From assembly GCA_043822925.1 (NCBI GenBank), contig JBDRBF010000034.1:1-44325 (forward strand): DNA of 44,325 nucleotides, given 5' to 3'. This DNA comes from a bacterium (GTDB taxonomy: Bacteria; Babelota; Babeliae; Babelales; RVW-14). This document shows, piece after piece, positions 39,421-44,325 of the stretch (positions are counted from its first letter, which is position 1; each line of letters begins with the position of its first letter). A model generated the notes under the pieces. It worked only from the letters and a program-made list of their open reading frames with translations. It searched no databases and was not told where the DNA came from. Made by a program: the position numbers and the translations under genes.

Positions 39421-39494
39421 GCCCGCGCTCACCCTGCGGTGCCCGGCGAAGCTTCACGCGAAGCCTGGGAGCCTGTCGAAGGGTTGAAGGGGCG
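39421..39494. repeat. Composite GC-rich element: gctcaccctg|agcctgtcgaaggg interrupted by a 33-bp insert
   Basis: Joined flanks match 5097-5120 at 20/24; insert 39437-39469 is cggtgcccggcgaagcttcacgcgaagcctggg. Confidence 0.7.
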
Positions 39495-40751
39495 TTACTT
39501 ATGTATGTATTTTTCAGTGCTGCTCCAACAAGCGCGTATGGGTACAAATTCATCAAAGAGCACGTCTATTTGTTTTATATAATCTTGAGCTGTCCAACGT
39601 TGTGCGTGTGTTTTGCCCCGTGTAATTAACGTCTCGCGTAGTTCTGGCTTGTTATAGAGTTCTAGAATTTTATGTACGCAATCTTGTGCGTTCTTAGGAT
39701 CAAAAAAGAGAGCTGCATCTTGTAATTGTTCCTGCATGCCGGCAGCTTGAGCCGCTATTACGGGGCAGCCAAGTCCAAAAGCTTCTAGTGGCGGTATGTT
39801 ATTTGGTCCAAAAAAAGAAGCAAAAGTAAGTGCAAAAGCGTTTTGATAAAGTGCAGTAAGTTCTTCGATTGGTACAAAGCCCAAGAAGTGCACATGATTT
39901 TCTAGTTTATATTCACGTACTTTTTGTTTTATATAAGACAGGTTGCCCTTATCTGAGCCGGTAAACACAAGCGAAAAATCGAGTTTATGTTCTGTGCGCA
40001 GCACGTATAGTGCTTGTACGAGAGCTATGTGATTTTTGTGCGGCCAAAATTGTGCCGGATAAAAGAGATACGGTTCTGTGATTTTATATTTTTCGAATAT
40101 ATTTGTTTTTTGTTTTTGTGCTGTGTTTATGTTTGTTGCGTTATTGCTTGAGGCGTTAAGTGCCCATTGGGGAGTTGGGAATTCGAGAGCTTTTATGCGT
40201 TCTGGTTGGATATTATAAAACGTCATAATTTCTTGTTTGCCGGTTTGGTTGCCGGTAATAATATACGTCGCTTTTGGGAGCACAGATGCATAATGTTTTT
40301 CTCGATCTTCAAATAAGCTACCAGAGACACTTACTTCTGGGAAATATGGTTGCAGCCTGTGTTGTAGGTCCCAGACGGTGTAAATAAATGGGATTTCTAT
40401 TTGTCGATACGCTGGTGATACAAACCACATAATATCAATGTGATTGTCCAGCGCTGCTTTATTTAAAAAACTTTTATATTTGTTTAAGATTTTATGGTGA
40501 GAATATTTTCTCAAAATTTTGAGATATATTTTTTTAAGAATATTATCTGTTTTTTGACTGGCAAACTTTTGTAGGGGGATATAGGTGAGCTTTGTGTCAG
40601 TCTTTTTTATTGGGGTTCCATCATGAAAAATATAATAATTGTGTTTACTGGTGTGCTGGCTAAGTGCTGTAATAATAGATTCTTGGAATGTGTAGCCGCC
40701 ACCGGTTTGCGCGTTTGGCTGACTGTTTCCTATGTAAATACCAATATTCAT
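39495..40751 (-). CDS. Glycosyltransferase family 4 (GT-B)
   Basis: TVWDLQHRLQPYFPE, YPAQFWPHKNH, FLGFV, GPNNIPPLEAFGLGCPVI. Confidence 0.9.
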   Translation of the reverse strand: MNIGIYIGNSQPNAQTGGGYTFQESIITALSQHTSKHNYYIFHDGTPIKKTDTKLTYIPLQKFASQKTDNILKKIYLKILRKYSHHKILNKYKSFLNKAALDNHIDIMWFVSPAYRQIEIPFIYTVWDLQHRLQPYFPEVSVSGSLFEDREKHYASVLPKATYIITGNQTGKQEIMTFYNIQPERIKALEFPTPQWALNASSNNATNINTAQKQKTNIFEKYKITEPYLFYPAQFWPHKNHIALVQALYVLRTEHKLDFSLVFTGSDKGNLSYIKQKVREYKLENHVHFLGFVPIEELTALYQNAFALTFASFFGPNNIPPLEAFGLGCPVIAAQAAGMQEQLQDAALFFDPKNAQDCVHKILELYNKPELRETLITRGKTHAQRWTAQDYIKQIDVLFDEFVPIRACWSSTEKYIHK

Positions 40752-40787
40752 GAGTTTATGTGCTCTTGGTTCATGAGTTTATGTGCT
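40747..40787. repeat. 18-bp direct repeat spanning a translation-initiation region
   Basis: ttcatgagtttatgtgct at 40747-40764 and 40770-40787. Confidence 0.85.
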
Positions 40788-41565
40788 ATAAATTTAGTGT
40801 TTGTTTTTTTCCTACTGTACATACGCCCCACGAGTTTTCAGTTGGTTGTTTGCGTGTTAGCCATTCTTCAAATACAAGTAGGTCAAAGTTATGTTCGTTA
40901 AAAAGTGTTGCAACTTCAGGTTTAAAAAAATAACGCATACGGTGTGTCTCGGCTAGTTCATGTATGTGCGTAGTTTTTTTGTCGTGTACATAAATTGTAT
41001 AATTTACGTTAACTTTATTTTTATTTATATCATGCTCGGGTTGGGCAAATCGAACGATTTTTGTTGTATTGTTTTCGATTTTTTTTATGCGTGGTTCTGG
41101 TTTTTGGGCAAGTACTGCTGGACCGTACCAAAAATCAAAGATAAATAACCCACCAGGATTTAGGTGTTTATGTATGGCTGTAAAGGCGTTATGTAAGTCT
41201 TGGTTTTGAGTTTGGTAGCTCATAACATGAAACAGTGCCATAATAACATCATATTTTTTATCTAGATTAAGCGTGCGTAAATCACCAACAGAAAAAGAAA
41301 GATTGTGTGCGCGTTCTTGTTTTTGCGCATGTAAAATATGTGCTTGTTCGATCATAGTAGGGCTCTGGTCAATGCCGTGAATAGTATAATTTTTTTCAGC
41401 GAATAAGCGTGTGTGAGTTCCGGTCCCGCAGCCAAGATCCAATATAGTTTTAGCCTGTGGTGCATGCGTTTTGATAAGATTATGTACGTAATCAGCTTCT
41501 TGGGCATAATTTTTGTCTTGATATAATAGGTCGTAATAGTTTGCATATGCATTAAATACGTTCAT
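40786..41565 (-). CDS. Class I SAM-dependent methyltransferase (glycan-locus type)
   Basis: YYDLLYQDKNY..E, ILDLGCGTG.H, LFHVMSYQ, LNPGGLFIFDFWYGP, E.H.MRY. Confidence 0.9.
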   Translation of the reverse strand: MNVFNAYANYYDLLYQDKNYAQEADYVHNLIKTHAPQAKTILDLGCGTGTHTRLFAEKNYTIHGIDQSPTMIEQAHILHAQKQERAHNLSFSVGDLRTLNLDKKYDVIMALFHVMSYQTQNQDLHNAFTAIHKHLNPGGLFIFDFWYGPAVLAQKPEPRIKKIENNTTKIVRFAQPEHDINKNKVNVNYTIYVHDKKTTHIHELAETHRMRYFFKPEVATLFNEHNFDLLVFEEWLTRKQPTENSWGVCTVGKKQTLNL

Positions 41566-42716
41566 AAGAGTGTCTCTTTGAGTATTTTTGCGACATGATT
41601 TATTTGTTCTTTTGTTAACGAAAGCCCACTGGGAAGATAAAAGCCTCGACGTGCAATATTTTCTGATATGGGATATTTCTCGTTCTTAAATAAACCCATT
41701 TTGTGAAACACTGGTTGTTCATGCATGGGCCAAAAGAAGGGGCGGGTGCCGATGTTTTTTTCAGATAATTTTGCCATTATTTGTGGGGCATCATACGTGA
41801 CATTTTGTTTGAGAACAAGCCCAAATACCCAATAAATATTTTTGGCATAATTTGTTTGTTCAATTGGTAACTGGCAATAGGTTTCTAGAGGGCTTAATAG
41901 TTGTGTATATAATTTGCCCATAGTTTGTTTTTTTGTGACAAATAAATCAAGATTTTCTAGTTGGGCCAGGCCAACAGCTGCTTGTAAGTTTGTAATTCTA
42001 TAATTAAATCCAAGTTCTTCATGTATAAATCGTTGTTCGGGCTTAAAGCACAAATTGCGCAACGACCTGCACTTTGTGCTAATAGCATCGTCGTTTGTCA
42101 TAATCATGCCGCCTTCACCTGTTGTCGTGTGTTTATTCGCATAAAAACTAAATGTACTAATATCCCCAAAGCTACCACACATGTTGTTTTTATATTTTAG
42201 GCCAATTGCTTCTGCGGCGTCTTCGATTATTTTGAGATTATATTTTTGTGCGAGTTTTATAATCGGGTCCATGTCTGCTGGTAAACCGTATAGGTGCACG
42301 ACCATGATTGCTTTTGTGCGTTTGGTTATTTTTTCTTCGATTTTAGTAACATCTATGTTCCAGGTTTCTGGGTCACAATCGACTAGCACTGGCGTTGCTC
42401 CAGCGCGTACGATAGCTGCAGCGCAAGAAATTATCGTAAACGTAGGCATAATAACTTCGTCACCTGCGCCGATACCTAGTGCGAGTATGGCAACATCAAG
42501 GGCAACAGAGCCGTTACAAACAGCGACCCCGTGTTTACGGGAAACTTTTTGGGCAAATAGTTCTTCAAATTGTTGGACAAATGGCCCATCTGAAGAGATC
42601 CAGCCGGTGTCTATGCACTCGTTAAGATACTTTTTTTCGTTGCCAATAAATAGTGGCTCGTTTACTGGAATAAATTTGTTTTTTGTGTTTGTTTTTTTTA
42701 ACGTGTTTATGTTCAT
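41562..42716 (-). CDS. DegT/DnrJ/EryC1/StrS aminotransferase (perosamine synthase-like)
   Basis: IPVNEP, GWISS.G, NGSVAL, IIEDAAEA, FSFYANKHTTTGEGGM, GFNYR; ATG start at 42716. Confidence 0.92.
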   Translation of the reverse strand: MNINTLKKTNTKNKFIPVNEPLFIGNEKKYLNECIDTGWISSDGPFVQQFEELFAQKVSRKHGVAVCNGSVALDVAILALGIGAGDEVIMPTFTIISCAAAIVRAGATPVLVDCDPETWNIDVTKIEEKITKRTKAIMVVHLYGLPADMDPIIKLAQKYNLKIIEDAAEAIGLKYKNNMCGSFGDISTFSFYANKHTTTGEGGMIMTNDDAISTKCRSLRNLCFKPEQRFIHEELGFNYRITNLQAAVGLAQLENLDLFVTKKQTMGKLYTQLLSPLETYCQLPIEQTNYAKNIYWVFGLVLKQNVTYDAPQIMAKLSEKNIGTRPFFWPMHEQPVFHKMGLFKNEKYPISENIARRGFYLPSGLSLTKEQINHVAKILKETLL

Positions 42717-42750
42717 GAGTGTGCCCTTATTTTTTATTAACCAAGAGCGC

Positions 42751-42885
42751 ACCGGGGTTAAAACCCCGGTCTATCACAAATTTTGTGCTCCGCACGAGGA
42801 AATAAATACTACATAACTTTTCATCATGCGGCGCCCATCGGGCAAAGCATGAAGCTTTTACGAGGCCGGGGTTTTAACCCCGGGG
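42751..42885. repeat. Inverted pair of REP-like palindromes
   Basis: ccggggttaaaaccccgg (42752-42769) is the exact reverse complement of ccggggttttaaccccgg (42866-42883). Confidence 0.85.
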
Positions 42886-43301
42886 TTATTTATTCCAGCA
42901 AACCGTGTTTTATCTGTATCGCCGCTATAGGGGCCTTGTTTTACTTCGATCATTTGGACAGGTTCCAGTACTTCAAACCCGTGACCACCAGATGCAAGTA
43001 GGATAGTATCGCCGGATTCTAAAATTATACTTTCAAGATAGTGCTGCATATTATCATAAAAGTCTACGCGAAGTTTGCCCTGTTTTATAAATAAAACTTC
43101 TTGAGTGTTAAGTACTTGGCGAGTTACTTGGTTATGCGTGTGTGGCTCGATTATTTTGCCTGCATCATGCTTCATGTAAGCTAGTTGCTGTGAAAAATCT
43201 TTGGGGGTAAAAAATGATATGCCATTTTTTTCGTAATTATTTTTTATAACGATGGCTATTGTTATATCGTTATGAGTTATTGTTTTGAGCATCTTATTCA
43301 T
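42858..43301 (-). CDS. Cupin-fold protein typical of polysaccharide loci
   Basis: FFTP.DFSQQL, PH.HN, TQEVL, GDTILLASGGHGF, EVKQGPY. Confidence 0.8.
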   Translation of the reverse strand: MNKMLKTITHNDITIAIVIKNNYEKNGISFFTPKDFSQQLAYMKHDAGKIIEPHTHNQVTRQVLNTQEVLFIKQGKLRVDFYDNMQHYLESIILESGDTILLASGGHGFEVLEPVQMIEVKQGPYSGDTDKTRFAGINNPGVKTPAS

Positions 43302-43313
43302 GTGTTTTCTCTA

Positions 43314-44324
43314 TTATTTGAATACTCCTGATTTCCACCATTTTTTTTCTGTGAGCAAACCACTAAAGTCTGCTTGTTCAAAATAATATTTATATACGTT
43401 AAGCCTGCTTGTATGTTTTAAATATTTTCGTGCAAATTTGTTAATTTTAGTTTCAAGCCCGCCGCCTTGTAAATTAAGATTTACTCTACCAAGAGGTAAA
43501 AATTTAAATAATTTTTGCCGTAAGATATATTTGGATGCATAAAAGTTAAAGCAGTTTTGCATGTGCCAAAATAAGACTTTTTTCTTGTAGGTACATAATT
43601 CGCCATCTTGGCGAAAACATAAAAAGTAATCGATATTTCTTTCTCGTTTGTATGTATATGGGTAATTATCGTCATACAGGTGTATGAATAATGGGTTTTC
43701 AAAGACGACGTAATCTTGAAGTTTGAGCATAATATCTTCGACATTATCTTGTACTAGTTGGCCGGTATGTATTAAATGTGAGTGTAAATCTTGGTCGTGT
43801 ATTAGTACTTTGCTAAAGCGTGAACCAGCCCAACGCGTTCTAAACGTAACTTCCCAGCCTGGCCGTTGTTCCCAGGCTTTGCGTGAGTAGCCTTCAATGT
43901 CTTGGGTAAATAAATTAAGATGATGGCGATATTGCTTGAACCAATCATGGTTACTTATGGGGGCAAAAGCAGGGCAACCTTGTAAAATAAACGTAGTGCC
44001 TGCTAATTTTTCAGCGATAACTTTAGGATCTTCGTTAGAAACGATATCTCCGTCATAGTGTATGATTGGCTCTTTATTAAAAAAGTCGTCTATAACGAGC
44101 CACTGTAAAAACGTATTTTTTGTGTAGTTTGAGAACTTATTTAATGCTTGATAATCTTTGTCGAGATAATTATAGATATTTGAAACGTCATGTAGCTTGT
44201 AACCGACATCTTTAAGAGATTGCCTGTATTTGTCACTGAGTTTATTGTAGCCGACGGTAAAAAGAATGTGAAAGTCGTTAGATAATCCCAATCTTTGATT
44301 TCTTTGGCCAACAAATAAGAGTGG
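43314..44324 (-). CDS. Putative GT-A-fold glycosyltransferase or hypothetical protein, 5'-truncated by the window
   Basis: Frame open to the window edge; HYDGDI (DxD) and HDQD motifs; co-oriented with the glycan cluster. Confidence 0.5.
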   Translation of the reverse strand, partial: PLLFVGQRNQRLGLSNDFHILFTVGYNKLSDKYRQSLKDVGYKLHDVSNIYNYLDKDYQALNKFSNYTKNTFLQWLVIDDFFNKEPIIHYDGDIVSNEDPKVIAEKLAGTTFILQGCPAFAPISNHDWFKQYRHHLNLFTQDIEGYSRKAWEQRPGWEVTFRTRWAGSRFSKVLIHDQDLHSHLIHTGQLVQDNVEDIMLKLQDYVVFENPLFIHLYDDNYPYTYKRERNIDYFLCFRQDGELCTYKKKVLFWHMQNCFNFYASKYILRQKLFKFLPLGRVNLNLQGGGLETKINKFARKYLKHTSRLNVYKYYFEQADFSGLLTEKKWWKSGVFK

Positions 44325-44325
44325 G

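Noticed and set aside
39144-39629. 161-aa plus-strand ORF
   Set aside because: Antisense to two glycosyltransferases and runs through a repeat element

Overview
AT-rich bacterial chromosomal segment, densely coding, with most genes on the minus strand. Housekeeping and envelope genes: acpS, comM/yifB, a pilO/pilP/pilQ-like secretin module, LysE, glmM, DUF502, LptF/G, hisS, murE. The tandem NSNA-repeat beta-helix-like paralogs and secreted orphans resemble Dependentiae (TM6/Babeliota); this is inference only. From about 16.9 kb to the end the window is mostly a surface-glycosylation region. It has six polytopic GT-C-like membrane glycosyltransferases in two paralog families: three ArnT/PMT_2-like (one broken by a T11 homopolymer) and three with TMTC/PMT-like DD, YRP and FAxHP motifs plus a shared C-terminal ITWDY domain. 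Around them lie a GtrB-like polyprenyl-phosphate glycosyltransferase, ManC, AsnB, a FAD oxidoreductase, GalE, methyltransferases and an O-antigen-like DegT/cupin/GT cluster. Non-coding signals include a GC-rich array of alternating inverted structured repeats at 1-352 and several small palindromic elements. Three of these supply protein C-termini and one is nested inside another. No rRNA, tRNA, CRISPR array or transposase was seen.
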